Source of the DNA: Mantamonas sphyraenae STR306
Lineage: Eukaryota; Protista; CRuMs
Reading direction: 5' to 3'
Assembly (NCBI GenBank): GCA_026936335.1
Contig: JAPMXV010000045.1
Coordinates: 443,214 to 507,213 of the forward strand
DNA length: 64,000 nt
Part shown: piece after piece, positions 39,393 through 53,500 of the stretch
Layout of the letters: every line of letters starts with the position of its first letter
How positions within the stretch are numbered: position 1 is the stretch's first letter
Made by a program: the position numbers and the translations under genes
The notes under the pieces: generated by a model
The model's input: only the letters and a program-made list of their open reading frames with translations
What the model was told of the DNA's origin: nothing
Databases searched by the model: none

Positions 39393-42300
39393 ATGTCATT
39401 GTCGTCATCTTCATCTTCATCTTCATCTTCATCGTCGTCGTCGTCGTCGTCGGCGGCGGCAACAGCGCATCATGGAGCGGAGGTGGCGCTGGTGGAGCCT
39501 CTCGGGAGCAACGAAGAACTGCTGAATGATCCGCTGGTGCGGATGGGCGTACCAAAGCACCTGCTGAAAAAGTATGTGCGGGAGCGGTCTGCACCGCAAA
39601 AGATTGCAAGCATCCAGTTTGGGGTGCTGTCGGAGGAGGAGATGGCGCGGATGAGTGAGATCCAGGTGGTGAACAACATGATCATCAACGCACAGACGCG
39701 AAAGCCGATCGCATACGGCCCGCTGGACCCGAGGCTGGGCACGGCGAACAAGAACTATCGGTGCGAGACATGTGGGGAAGAGCTGGAGCTGTGTGCAGGA
39801 CACTTTGGGTATGTGCGGCTGGCGTTGCCGGTGTTCCACGGCGGGTTCTTTCGGCTGATCAAGCAGATTCTGGAGTGCATTTGCAAGGTAAGGGGGATCA
39901 GAGACGGGATAGCGGGAGCGTGCACACCGAAGAGACGTGCATGTTGAGGGTGTTGCCGTGCCGGTGGGCGGAGGTGGGGTGGGTCTTGGACTTGGGGACA
40001 GGTGCATTTTTTTTTTTGGCGAGGCCAAATTCGCGGGAAGACGGACGGCTGACACGAGGACGATGGGGCGGTGTACACGGACATGTGTGCGCGACGTACG
40101 GGGCACATGGCACGTGGCACGTGGCTGTACCACACAGAACTGTGCACGTGTGCTGCTGCAGCCGTCGGAGCACGAAAAGTTCCTGAGCCAGATGCGACGT
40201 CGAAAGAACGAGGCGACGGCGCGTCAGCGCACGCTGAAGGCAGTGATTGTGGCGTGCAAAAAGGTGAAGGAGTGCCCGCACTGTGGGGACATGAACGGGA
40301 ACGTACGCAAGATCGGGCCGCTGAAGCTGGTGCACGAGAAGTACAAGGACGGGGAGGAGAAGAGTGCGTGGACTCGAGCAAACATGACGGACGCGCGCAG
40401 GCTGGTCAAGGACCTGGAAACGAAGCATCTTGCAAACGTGCAGGAGGATCTGAATCCGCAGCAGGTGCACTCATTGTTTTCACGCATGTTGACGGAAGAC
40501 ATCGAGCTTCTGGACATCAACCCACAGTTTACGCACCCGAAAGACCTGCTGTTGAACTCTGTGCTCGTGCCGCCGGCGGTGATCAGGCCGTCGCAGTCGA
40601 CGGATCCGTCGTCGGCAGGGTCGGACGATGACCTAACGCTGATTGTGGCGTCGATTGTGGGCACAAACAACCACCTGCGGCAGGCGCTGGAGAACGGGGC
40701 GACCATGACGGACGTGATGAGCAGGTGGGATTCGCTGCAGTCGCAGACGGCGCTGTACATCAACAGCGACCAGCCGGGCGTGGACCAGCCGACAAGCGGA
40801 GGCGGATACTCGAGCACACGACACACAAGTGGAATTGCGCAGCGGCTGAAGGGCAAGCACGGGCGGTTCCGAGGGAACCTGTCGGGCAAGCGGGTGGACT
40901 TTTCGTCACGTACTGTGATTTCGCCGGATCCGAACCTGGAAATCGACCAAGTGGCGGTGCCCGAACTGGTTGCGTGCGTGCTGACATACCCGGAGAGCGT
41001 GACGATGCTGAACCGGGAGCGGCTGCAGCGGCTGATCACGTCGGGGTCGCAATACCCAGGCGCAAACTACGTGCTGACGTCGCGTGGCAAGTTTTCGCTG
41101 GAACACATGAGCCGTAGCCAGAGGGAAAAGACGGCGAATGGCCTGAAGCCGGGGGATATTGTGGAGAGGCACTTGCAGGACGGGGACATTGTGCTTTTCA
41201 ACAGGCAGCCGTCGCTGCACAAGCAATCGATCATGTCGCACCGTGCTGTGGTGAAGCCGTGGCGTACGTTTCGGTTCAACTTGTGTGCGTGCACGCCGTA
41301 CAACGCAGATTTTGACGGCGACGAGATGAACCTGCACGTGCCGCAAACGGAAGAGGCGCGGGCGGAGGCACTGGTGCTGATGAATGTGAAGCAGAACATC
41401 ATGACGCCGAAGAACGGAGAGCCACTGATTGCAGCGCTGCAGGACTTTCTGACAGCGGCGTACCTTGTGACCAAGAAGGATGCGTTTTTCGATCGGGCGC
41501 AGTTTGCGACACTGTGCTCGTACATGGTGGACCCGGAGGAGCGAGTGGATCTGCCGATGCCGAGTGTGGTGAAGCCGATGGAGCTGTGGACGGGCAAGCA
41601 GATCTTTGAGGTGCTGTTGTCGCGGCGGCGGTTTGCGTCGAGCCGGATCAACGTGTGCTTCGAGGCGCAGGGGCGGAACTATGTGGGCAACATGCACATG
41701 GATGTGAACGATGGCTACGTGTGCTTCCATCGCAACCGGCTGATCTGCGGCAACGTGGACAAGAAGATCCTGGGCAGCGGAACAAAGTCGTCGCTGTTTT
41801 ACGTGCTTGTGCGCGACCAGGGTGTGCAGGTGGCGGCGGCGTGCATGGCGCGGCTGGCACGGCTGTGTTCACGGTACATCAGCGAGCAAGGGTTCTCGAT
41901 TGGGATTGGGGACGTGACGCCGTCGAGCGTGGTGCTGACGCAGAAGCAACAGCTTGTGGACAGCGGATACGAAGAGGTGAATGGACACCTGGCTGACTAC
42001 GCGCAGGGGACGATGGAAACAGTGCCCGGGTGTGACGCGGAAGAGTCGCTGGAGATTCATCTGAACGCGGTTCTGAGTGAGATCCGTGAAAAGGCGGGCC
42101 AGGTGTGCTTTGAGAACCTGCATCGGACGAACGCGCCGCTGATTATGGCGCAATGCGGATCGAAGGGGTCGAAGATCAACATCTCGCAGATGGTTGCGTG
42201 CTTGGGCCAGCAGACGATCAGCGGAAAGCGCATCCCGAATGGGTTCGACCAGCGGTCGCTGCCACATTTTCCGCGAGCAAGCAAGGAGCCGCTGGCAAAG

Positions 42301-44379
42301 GGCTTTGTGTTCAACAGCTTCTACACGGGCCTGACGGCGACGGAGTTTTTCTTTCACACAATCGGAGGGCGCGAGGGCCTGGTGGACACGGCAGTCAAGA
42401 CGGCGGAGACGGGATACATGCAGAGGCGGCTGATGAAAGCGCTGGAGGATCTTGCGGTGCAGTACGACAACACGGTGCGCAACTCGTTGAGTCACATTGT
42501 GCAGTTTCGGTACGGAGACGACGGGCTGGATCCGGCGAGCATGGAGCACGGCGGGCCGGTGGACTTTGAGCGCGTGTGGCGGTCGTGCACAGTGGTGGAC
42601 GCGAGCGAAGGCAAGGGACGAGAAGAGGAGATGTTGATGCCATACGAGGTGGCTGTGGAGGCGTGGGAAATGATGAAGGGGCCAAAGTGGGAGCGATTCT
42701 GGGAGGACGGAGGGCAGCTGGAGCTGATGGCAGGGATGGAGGATGAGGAGGAGGAGGAGGAGGAGGGAGGCGAGCAGGGTGTGGCGGAAAAGGGGATGGA
42801 TGTGGAGAATGGAGAGGCGGGGCCGAGCGGAGATGTGGGCGAGGCCGTGTTGAGCAGGAGCAGGGAGGAGAAGCCGGAATGGCCTGTGTTTCAGCACGAG
42901 CTGTGGCGATTCCTGATGATGCGTGCGGAGGGGACGCACAGGGTGATGCGCGGGATGGGGGTGTTGAACAAGTCGCAACAGGTTTCGCCTGCACACGCGT
43001 TTGCAAACGGAGGAGAGGCGGGGCTTCGGCAAGCGGCAAGCGTGGCGGGGGAAGAGGGACTGCATGCAGCAGCAGAGGCAGCAGAGGGGGAAGAGGCTGC
43101 AGCGTGGCGGCTGGTGAGTAACACGGGAGAGGTTACGCGTGCGCAGCTGAAGCGGTTTGTGGAGGAGTGCCGAGTGCGATACCAGCGGGCGTTGATTGAG
43201 CCTGGAGAAGCTGTGGGGGCGGTCGGGGCTCAGTCGATTGGAGAGCCGGGCACGCAGATGACGTTGAAGACATTCCATTTTGCTGGGGTGGCGTCGATGA
43301 ACATTACGTTGGGAGTGCCGCGGATCAAGGAGATCATCAACGCGAGCAAGACGATTTCGACGCCGATTATCGACGCGTACCTGGAGCGAGATGACGACGA
43401 GATTGCAGCCAAGATGGCCAAGGCAGAAATTGAGATTACGCGTCTGCGGGATGTGGTGAAGGAGGTGCGGGAGGTTGTGCGTCCTTCGGGGACGCACCTG
43501 ACGTTTGTGCTGAACATGGAGACGCTTGCAGCGCTGCTGATGACGGAGCGTGTGACGCCGTGGACGATCCGAGAGCACATTGTGGAGCAAACGAAGCTGA
43601 AGCCCGATCGTATCCGGGTGGTGAACAAGCACAAGTTCTACGTGGTGTACGACCAGGGCACGGCGGTGGGAGGGAGCACAGGTCGAGGGCGGCGCGTGGG
43701 CCAGGACGCGATGGAGGAGATGCGTGTGTCGATGGAGCGTGCGCTGTTCCAGATGCAGGCGGACAAGCGAGAGATTCTGGACTGCCGGGTGCATGGGATT
43801 GGGAGTGTGCAGCGCGCGGTGATTTCGTCCGAGAGCGTGTCGCGGAACGGGGTGGAGGGCCGGCTGTACAAGCTCGGGGTGGAAGGGACAGGCCTGCGGG
43901 AGGTGATGTGCACGCGAGGAATCAAGGGCACGCTGTGCAAGTCGAACCACATCATCGAGGTGGAGTCTGTGCTGGGAATCGAGGCTGCACGTCAGAGCAT
44001 CATGGACCAGATCCAGTACACGATGGAGTCACACGGAATGACGATCGACGCGCGGCATATGATGCTCTTGGCGGACCTGATGACGTGCAAGGGCCAGATT
44101 CTGGGCATTACGCGGTTTGGCATTTCGCAGCTGAAGGAGAGCGTGTTGATGCTGGCGTCGTTTGAAAAGACGACGGACCATCTGTTTGAAGGGAGCGGGC
44201 ACACGCGCAACGACAAGATCATTGGGGTGTCTGAATGCATTATCCTGGGCATCCCGGTGCCGCTGGGCACGGGGTTGTTCAAGGTGATGCGGGAGCGTCG
44301 CACAGACGACCCTGCCGAGGCGATTGGGAAGCAGGAACAGAAGAGGCGACACCAGTTGTTGCTGAGGAAGCGGTTCTGA
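39393..44379 (+). CDS. POLR3A: RNA polymerase III largest subunit (exons 39393-39887, 40138-44379; start codon uncertain)
   Basis: CETC..CAGHFG zinc clamp, RLKGKHGRFRGNLSGKRVD, NADFDGD active site. Pol III-type motifs WRTFRFN.C.CTPY, TLKTFHFAGVASMNITLGVPRIKEIINA, GITRFG, SVLMLASFEKTTDHLF. No CTD heptads. Confidence 0.95.
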
Positions 44380-44569
44380 AGGAAAGGAGTTGTGCGCAGA
44401 CGAGAGTGGCCAGCGGAGGTGCTGGCACCCAAATTGCTTTTGCATCGACTTTGAGAACTCCCCACTCAAAACCGCGAAGCAGTGCATTCCGAAAGGATCC
44501 TAAAACACATACATACAAAAGAGACTCTTTTGAACCCACAATCAAGACCCTAAAGACTCAATCGGAATC

Positions 44570-47500
44570 ATGGGAAACTCGCTGAACAAAGCATTGTTGG
44601 ACGAGGACGGAAACTTTGACGAGGAGGCGCTTAGCAGCTCTGTCCAGGATGACCGGGCGTGGCTGAAGCTGGCTGCCAACGACGTGCTGGACGACGAGAC
44701 GGTGGTGAAGAAGGCTGCGTCTGCTGAAGTTGGCGGCGCAGGTTTCGGTGAGTTTTTGGAGCCGGCGGGGGGGGTGGTCACAATTTTTGTGGCGAGGGGA
44801 TTTTTTGTGATGACGTGTTTGCGACGAGTGCGTGCACGGGAGGTTGGAAGGGCGTGTGGAGATGTGGTGGGGACGGGTGCATGGAAGCGAGGTGGGGAGG
44901 ATGTCTATGTGTGGACGGTGGTCACATTGTGCTGGGAAAGTGGAGATGCAGGGAGGAGAGCAAACGCAAACGCGCTCGGGAGGGGAAATCCGTGCACGCA
45001 AGGAGCCGGGCGGCCGCAGCGCGGGGAGTGGGCAAGGAGTGAGGGAAGAGACAGGTGCATGGAGGAGGGTGGTATATGGAGGGTGAGGTTGCGATCGTGG
45101 CGGGTTTGCATGTGTGAAGAGGCCCGGAATGCATGGTGGGAGGGCGGGAAAGGCGAAGAAAGGGCTGGAGAGGGAGCGAGGGCCTTTTTGCGCAAGCGAG
45201 ATGACGGGACAACTGGCTTACACACGAGTGTGCGTGCACACGGCCGGTATGACACATGGACACAGTGCCGCGACTCGACACGAGCACCGGCCCGTACTTT
45301 ATGGAGTACTCGAACAACGACAACACGGTGAAGACGAACAACTACAGCGACTGGTGCACGTGCTGGTCCAAGGCAGTGATGAACAAGGCCCGCGTGTACG
45401 AGTGGGAGGTGCGCATCGATCGCACCGAGTCTGGAACCATCATGATTGGTGTGGGCGAGGCATCGCACTCGAACACGTACTACTTGGGTAAGGAGACAAG
45501 GGGGGTGTGCGCGATGTGTTTTGATCCCGACCGTTTGCGGTTTTGGCGCGCGAGGCACAGGATGGTGTGATGGTGTGATGGTGGGATGGTGGGATGGTGG
45601 GATGAGGGGATGCAGTTGTTGACACAACGATGGGTGGTTGGTACACACACACACACACACACCATGTGACCACAGGTGGCTCGTCGTCGTACGGAGGCTG
45701 GTCGTACTACTGCTGCAGCTACGCGTACCGCTACCACGACGGGTACAGCTACAGCTATGGCGAACAGTGCTACACAGGTGACGTGGTGGGCGTTCGCCTG
45801 GACCTGAAGGCAGGCACGCTGTCGTTCAGCAAGAACGGCGTGGATTTGGGCCAGGCGTACGGCCCGAGCGATGGCCTGCAGGGCAAGGAGCTGTATGCAG
45901 CAGTGTCGCTGTACAGCAAGGACGACCAGGTGACGTTTGTGAAGAAGGGTTCGTCGGGAACTTCGATCTCGGACGAGTTCCTTGTGGACAACAGCTCGGC
46001 GCTGGACGATCTGGACTCGAACTACACTCAGGCGATGATGCTGAGCGCCACCAGCAGCTCGGTGCCGTCCATGGTGCCAGAGAGCATGCAGCCCGAGAGG
46101 AACAACCGTGTGGGTGTGGCGGACCACGGCGTGAGCAACGCTGCACAGGTGGTCGACATGAACCGAGGTCTGTTGACCACGGACACGCGTCTGCTGAGCA
46201 CCAAGGCCGACATGGCCACCATGAGCCAGTTCTTCAACAAGAGCCTGGTGAACAAGTTCAAGGTGATCAAGCGCGTGCAGCTGGCTCTGCTGCGCGAGGA
46301 GGAGCGCGCCAAGCGCAACGGCGGCAGCAGCAGCTCGAGCAGCAGCTCGTCGAGCAGCAGCAGCAGCAGCAGCGGTTCTTCGAGCGGCGTGGGAGCAGCA
46401 GGCGCCGTGGTGCGCTACACCATCCGCCTGGTGCTGCGCCTGGTCAAGAACGCGGCGCAGTCGCCCGAGGAAATGGCCGAAGTGATGGAAATGTTGCAGG
46501 AACTGATGGCACAGATTCGCAGCAGCACCAACAAGGGCGAGAAGCTGTCGCCCATGGTCAACACCGCGCTGGAGACGGTTCAGGAGAACGTGACCAAGTC
46601 GTTTGCTGGCCAGGTGCCGCAGGATTCGCTCGTGCGTCTGCTGCTGGACATCGGCTTCACGCGCGACTCGTTCGCCTCGCTGCTGTCTGTGTGCGAGGTG
46701 CTGTTTGGCCTGGACGGCGAGGTCGACCTCGGCGATGTGGCCGACTCGTTGCTCACCGCCCTGAGCGAGCGCAACGTGCAGCAGCTCAACACGCTGGCAA
46801 GCAACAGCAGCGACGTGACCTTCCCCCTGGAACTGCCCTCGTCATCCTCGACAGAGGAGAACAAGGTGCCCGCCACCATCGCAACCGACGGCACGTACGT
46901 GTATCTGCACCGTGTCGGCCTTGGCCTCATCAAGCTTGGCACCGGCGCCAACGGCTCCGTGGGCGGCCGCGTGTACGCGCACAACTCGGACTACAGCAAC
47001 GAGACACCCGGCTGGCTGGCGTACGCCAACGGCTCGCTGTACTTCCGTTCGTCGCAGACAGCCGAGGGCTTTGAGGCCGTGTCCACCGACTCGCTGACAG
47101 CCAGTGACGCCAAAGGCAAGGCCAACGTCGAGGCCGTGGACGGCCAGCCGCTGTTTAGCGCCGAGTCGACCATTGCAGGCGACAACCCGGGCTCCGCTGA
47201 GGAGGTGAACAACCGCTCGCCGCTGTTTTCGGACGGCCGCTACCTGTATGTGGCTTCCCAGATCGCGCCGGGCAAGAACGACGACCGTGTGGCCAGCGCA
47301 AACGTGTCGGACGAAGGCGCCGCGTCTGCAGCCGGCTCCGGCCAGTATGTGGTGGACGTGCATGACCCTGCGGACGGCATGCGCCAACTGCGCCGCGTGG
47401 TGCTGACCGGAGCCAACCAGGAGGCCGGCAAGACGGTGGTGGCCATCAACTGTGGCGGCCTGCAGGCCACCGGGGCCGACGGTACGGTGTACCAGAGCGA

Positions 47501-50500
47501 CCGCTATTTCAACTACTCGAACGCGATGACGAGCACGCCGTCGGGTCAGAAGGACGACCCGATCTTCTGCAGCACGCGAGAGGCCATGGAGGAGAAGAAC
47601 CTCGAGTACGCCATTCCGTTGGAGGACGGCGACTACATGGTGACGCTGAAGCTGGTGGACAACTCGAGCAGCGCCGGCGCAGGCAAGCGCCAGTTTGACG
47701 TGCGCGCCCAGGGCCGTGTGGTGCTGAAGAAGATGGACCCGTACCTGCTGGACAGCGGCAAGGGAGCCGACGTGACGTTCCCCGTGTCGACGACGTCGCG
47801 CAAGGGCCTTACGCTGGAGTTTGTCAACGTGGAGGGCCAAGCGATGGTGGCAGGCATTGTCATCAAGGAGATGGAGGCATCCGAGCGCTCGCAGCCACTG
47901 TTCCTGCTGAAGGAGGCGCTGACGCAGGGTGCGTTCTTTGCCAACGGCGACTTTGTGGGCCTGACCCTGCCCAACGCCGTGACGCCGCGCACGTACTTCC
48001 CGAAGGGCTCGTCGAACAGCAGCGGGGTGACGCTGACGTTTGACAGCTTCACGGGCGCGCTGGTGAGCACGGAAATGACGCCTTCGGGCGCCGTGGCATT
48101 CGACTACGCGGGCAACTGCGCGTACCAGCTCGAGGAGAGCGACAAGCGCATGCGCCGCAGCCTGAACAACGCCGTGCTGTCGTCCCTGGGCGAGAGCCGC
48201 CCGGCCGGAGTCGTGCAGCCGCTGGAGGCTGGCCAGACGACGCTGGGCGCACGCGAGCTGGGCCTGCAGCTGCTGTGGCACCTGTACGCGCGCAGCCGCC
48301 CGTATGGCCCCACCGACGCAGAAGAGCAGGTCAAGGGAATGTCTCCGTCGTCGCTGGGCACGCACTTTGAGGTGAGCGAAAGCACGTTTGCCTCGTTGCT
48401 GTCGCTGCTGCAGAGCAACTCGGCCGCCTTCTTCTCGGGCGAGGCCGACGACAGCGTGCTGTTTGTGGTGCGCAGCGTGCTGAGCATGCTCTCGACCAAC
48501 TTGTACCACCTGAAGAAGAGCGGCACGAGCTCGGAGAACGCAGGTCTGGCCGCCAGCGGCTCGCTTGTGGCGCCCCTGCGTGAGACGTTGGAGAACATGA
48601 TCAACGAGGGCACGCAGCTGGACTCGAGCGACGCCAAGTATTCGCAGTTTGTCGAGATCCAGCGCACGGCGGTGGTGACGCTGACGAGCGCGTTTGACGT
48701 GTTCTACCCGTCGGCGAAGGAGCAGTGCAACATCCTGTCGGGTCTGCTGCAGCGCCGCACGGACAGCCCGGAGACGTTCAACCAGATCCAGACGGTGTAC
48801 CTGGAGCACCTGCTGGGCCGCTTCTCGTCGTACACGGCTGTGAGCAAGCTGCTCGAGTCGGATGACAGCGCAAACGACAGCGAGAGCGCCGCCGAAGCGC
48901 AAGGCTCCGCAGTGGCCGCGATCATCAACACGCTCGTGAGCGTGGTGTCGCAAGAGACGCAGCAATTCCTGGAGGAGACGTACCAGATGAGCAGCTCGCC
49001 TACCCTGCCGTCGGAGGCGCTGGTGTTCCCGTCGTCGCAGGCGCTGGGTGTGCTGGGTGCGCTGCAGAAGCAGCTGGTGTACAAGGCGACTGCCAAGGAT
49101 GCGGACAGCACCGAGGTGGAGCCGGTGACGCAGAAGCACACTGTGGCCGTGCTGGACGCAGGCAACTCGGACGACACGATTTCGCTCGAGCTGCTCGTGT
49201 TTTACGCAGACACGTTCTGCACGCAGGCTGGCTCGCTGTACCAGAAGATCCTGGACATCAACGAGGCGGTGAACCCCGAGCCTCACTACCTGCACCCGTC
49301 GCTGCTGCAGTTCCTGGACGCGTCGTACATCGGCCAGCTGCTTCCCATGCTTGCAACGACGCTGTGTCTGTTCTCCACCAACCTGGTGTTCTCGTCGCGC
49401 ATGCTGCACATGCTCGTGACCGTGATCAAGCCGCTGGAGTCGCTGACGAACAAGCTGCCCATCATCGCGCAGATGGAGTACCAGGAAGAGGACAAGGGCG
49501 AGCTCAAGGTCGTCGCGGGCGACATTGACGCAAGCGAGACCATGACGCTGCCGGACGGATTTGGCAGCGAGGTCACCGAGGTACGCCGTGAGTTCCGCGC
49601 CCCGTACGCCACATCGCTGCTCGTGTCTGTGGACCTGCAGGAGGCCAAGCTGCAGGACCCGGCCGAGGGCGAGGAAGCACCTGCGCGCGGCAAGTTCCGC
49701 GTGGAGGTGTACGAGGGCACGGGCGAAGGCGTCAAGGAGGTGGTTGTGCTGGAGTCCATGGAGGACGTGAGCAGCAAGGCCGCAGAAGACGTCAAGGTCG
49801 GCGCAGGCTCGGCCACGATTGTGATCAAGTGCACCGAGGCAGGCGCACATGCACTCGTGGGCACGCTTGAGGTCACGGTCGGCTCGCAGAAGAATGTGCG
49901 CCTTGTGCGCAACATGAACAACCTGCTGCTGACGCTGGCGTACCTGGCCGGACGCTGCGCAGGCACGCTTGTGGACGGCGGAGTTGCGCTGAAGAGCGAG
50001 TCCGAAGTCGGCAAGTGGTTGCAGTCGGAGCTGTTCAGCGGTGGCCTTGACGAGCAGGCCAACCCGCCGCCTGCGGAGATCACGCACCTGGTCAACGTGA
50101 CACAGGGCAAGATCTCGTCGTTGCCGGGCAGCCGACGCACGTCTGTGAAGCCTATGCCGCTGAAGCGCTCGCAGAGCGCAATGGTGGAAGTGGACACCTT
50201 CCTGCAGGACCTGATTGCCGACCCCGAGCACGACCTGGTGGTGCGTTGCGCAAAGGGCACCCCGCCGCTGCGTGGCAAGGCCGTGAAGCTGGCCAAGGAT
50301 GAGGTGTTGGGCGCAGTGCGCACTGTGTTTGCCGCCATGCTCAAGCACGAGGGCATGGCCGTGGAGGCCATCACGTTTGCACAAACGCCCAAGGACGAAA
50401 AGGCGCCGAAGAACCTGAAGGAGGTGTACAAGCAGGCCGTCAAGGTTGTGCAGTGGATGCAGACGCAGCGCCAGAAGAAGCTGAGCGCCAACACGGACGT

Positions 50501-53500
50501 GGAGGACGACGCCGAGCTGGAGGACAAGGTGGCCGCGGATTACAAGAAGTACGCGGAGGAAGTGACGGAGAAGGCCAACTTCCTGCTGGGCTTTGCACCC
50601 AGCGCCCGCCGCGCCAACGCCCTGCCTGCGCGCAGCGTGCAGACGACGCTGGCCAGTGCAGCCGGCGCCCTGGGCGGCAGCAGCAGTTCGCTTGGCTCGC
50701 CCGGCAGCCCGAAGCTTGGCGGCAAGTTTGCCAGTGGCTGGAACAAGGTGAAGAACGCCATGGAGGCGATGAAGAGCCTGAAGCAGATGATGAACGAGCG
50801 CGTGCAGCAGCTGAAGGGCCTGAGCGACGACGTGGACACGCTGGCTGTGTCCAAGAGCGTGCTGAGCTTTGTGGAGTCGCGTGACGTGGCGATGGACAAG
50901 CTGACGCAGGCTGTGCGTGCGCGCCAGGCACGCGCGGTGCTGCGCACGGCAGGCTTCGAGGCTGTGTCGAAGCTGCTGGGCTCGCCCGCTGTGAGCGACA
51001 GCGTGCCCCAAGAGGGCACGGACGTGTACCTGAAGAGGAGCCAGACGTCGGAGGTGCAGATCCAGGTGCTGCGTTTCATGGCCGACAAGTTTGAAACGCG
51101 CGTGGAGAACGAGGAGAGTGCAAGCCCTGGCCAGGAGGAGTACAACCACCCGGACATCCTGCACTACCTGCAGGGCGTGGACGCGTGCGGCAACGAGCTC
51201 AACTCCAAGGTGACCAACAGCTACTACAACCTGCTGCAGTCGCTGGTCGACTACATCCGCTCGATGTACCAGCCGCAGCGCCGCGCGGCTTTCGCAGGCA
51301 GCGAGCTGGACGCCCTCGCCGTGGCCCTCAAGGTCATGTGCGTGGACTACCGCGACGAAGACTCGCAGTACCTGAACGACATCGAGGTGCTGGGAGCGCT
51401 GTACCCGTTCCTTTCGTTCGAGGGCGATCTGGAGCGCGAGCAGGTCACACGGGATCTGCGCGCCGAGCGCGACGCCGCCCAGAAGGAGGGCAGCATGAAG
51501 AACGTGAAGGAGGCGCAGCTCAAGTTGGACGATTGGGAGAAGCTGAACGATCAGCTGCAGGACATCCAAGGGCAGGTCACGAGCCTGTTCCGCATCTTGG
51601 CCCTGCTGACCGTGCGCAACGACCCGGCCGGAGCCAAGGACCAGAAGACGGCCATCCACAGCCAGCGCCTGGCCGAGGATGTGTTTGACATCTTCTACAA
51701 GGAGCTGTCTGCACTGAACGAGGCGGGCAACGCGCTGTCGACCGTGCGAAGCGACAACGTGAGCGGTGGCAAGGTTGCCGAGGACTCGCTGCTGTTGCTG
51801 GACCGCGTGGCCTACCTGCATGCCACCAACGAGGGATTGAGCGTGCCGCAGGTTGACGAGGCATTCAACAACGACTTTACGGTCGGCCTGTGGATGTACA
51901 AGATCATGGGCAACAGCGGCGGTCGCATCGTGAGCAACGAGACGCCCGACGGCGACGGCAGCGCTCAGTTCACGCTGAAGCTGTACGGCAACGGCGACGA
52001 CCAAAAGGTGACTGTCGAGTGCGGCGGCCAGAGCGTGGAGAGCAGCGAGTCGATCCCGGATCGCACATGGACGCATGTGGCCGTGTCGCGCAGCGCCACC
52101 AACGGCCTGAAACTGTTCATGAACGGCAAGGAGGTGGGCGCAGCCGAGGGCGGCGAGAAGGAGGTGCCGCTGAAGCTGAGCGACTACCCCATGTACATCG
52201 GCGCCACGCCGGTGCGCATGAACGAGATGTTCACAGGCGTGGTCACGGAAGGCTTCGATGGCTTTGTGACCGAGGTGCGCTTCAGCAAGGGAGCAGCTGC
52301 GGACGAGGAGGCGCTGGGTCTGGGCGAGGGCAAGCCGGCCGAGGTGCCGTTTGCGCTGAGCGTGCCCAACCTGGTGAGCCAGAGCGTGGAGTCTGTCCTG
52401 CAGACGATGCTGCCCCTGCTGGTGCATCCGTCCGCAGCGACCCTTGTGTCCACGGGCCAGTTTGTGCAGCTGCTGCTGAGCATTGTGATGGACAACGACA
52501 TCAGCTCGTCGCCGATCAACACCAGCCTGGACAACACGGTGATGGCCATCCGCGCTTGCCGCAAGGCATTCACACGCCAGCACCCGACCGGCCTGGGCCA
52601 GATGGTGGAGACGTTTGAGGGCGTGCCCACAGTGTCTGCTGACAACCCGGCGGCTGTGCTGATCAACACCCTCCTGTGCGTGGTGGGCAACGCCTTTGCT
52701 CTGGGCGGGCAGGCGGACGCCAAGGTGCAGGTAGCCGCTCGCGCCAAGTACACGGTGGCGGCGGAGCTTGCGCTGCTGCTTCGCTCGCTGCTGTCGTGCG
52801 ACATGTGGGCCGAGGATCTGAAGCAGGCGCTGACCAACGCTCTGGGCGACATCCCGGCCGTGATGGAGAGCGTGAGCAGCGGCTCGTTTGCCATGGGTGA
52901 ACGCGAAGCGATTGTGGTGGGCGCACTCAGCGTGCTGGGTGGCCTGACCGACTGCGTGCGCACAGGCAGCCGTGTGGTGTACACCACCACTGAGGGCGAG
53001 GAGAAGACGGGTACGGTGATGTGGTACAGCGCGACCACGTCGTACGTGCCGGTGCTGCTCGACGAGACGATCAAGGCCGATTCGCAGCTGTTGCCCGAGA
53101 CCCAGCTGCTGGACCTGAGCCAGATCCGCCCCGAACTGGACGGCGACGTGGCCGTGAAGCCCGATGTGTTCCCGCTGACTGCAGGTCTGAGCGAAGCATT
53201 CGGAGCTTTGCTGAAGGCAGCTGTGCAGCGCAAGGAGGGCGAGTCGACCAACAACGGCGACTCGTCTGCGGCCAAGTTCTTCAACATCCTGCTGAGCAAG
53301 GGCCTGAAGGTGCTTTCTCTGATGTTGATCAGCACTCAGAGCGGTGACCAGTTCCTGGCCAGCGACCTGCTGTCGGATCTGATGACGCTGGCGACCAGCG
53401 CAACCAACCTGAACGCATTCCCTGAAGCGGACGTGCTGCTGACCAAGGTGCAGCGTCTGGAGGAGGCGTTGTACAACACGCGCCCTTCGCTCGAGGGCGA

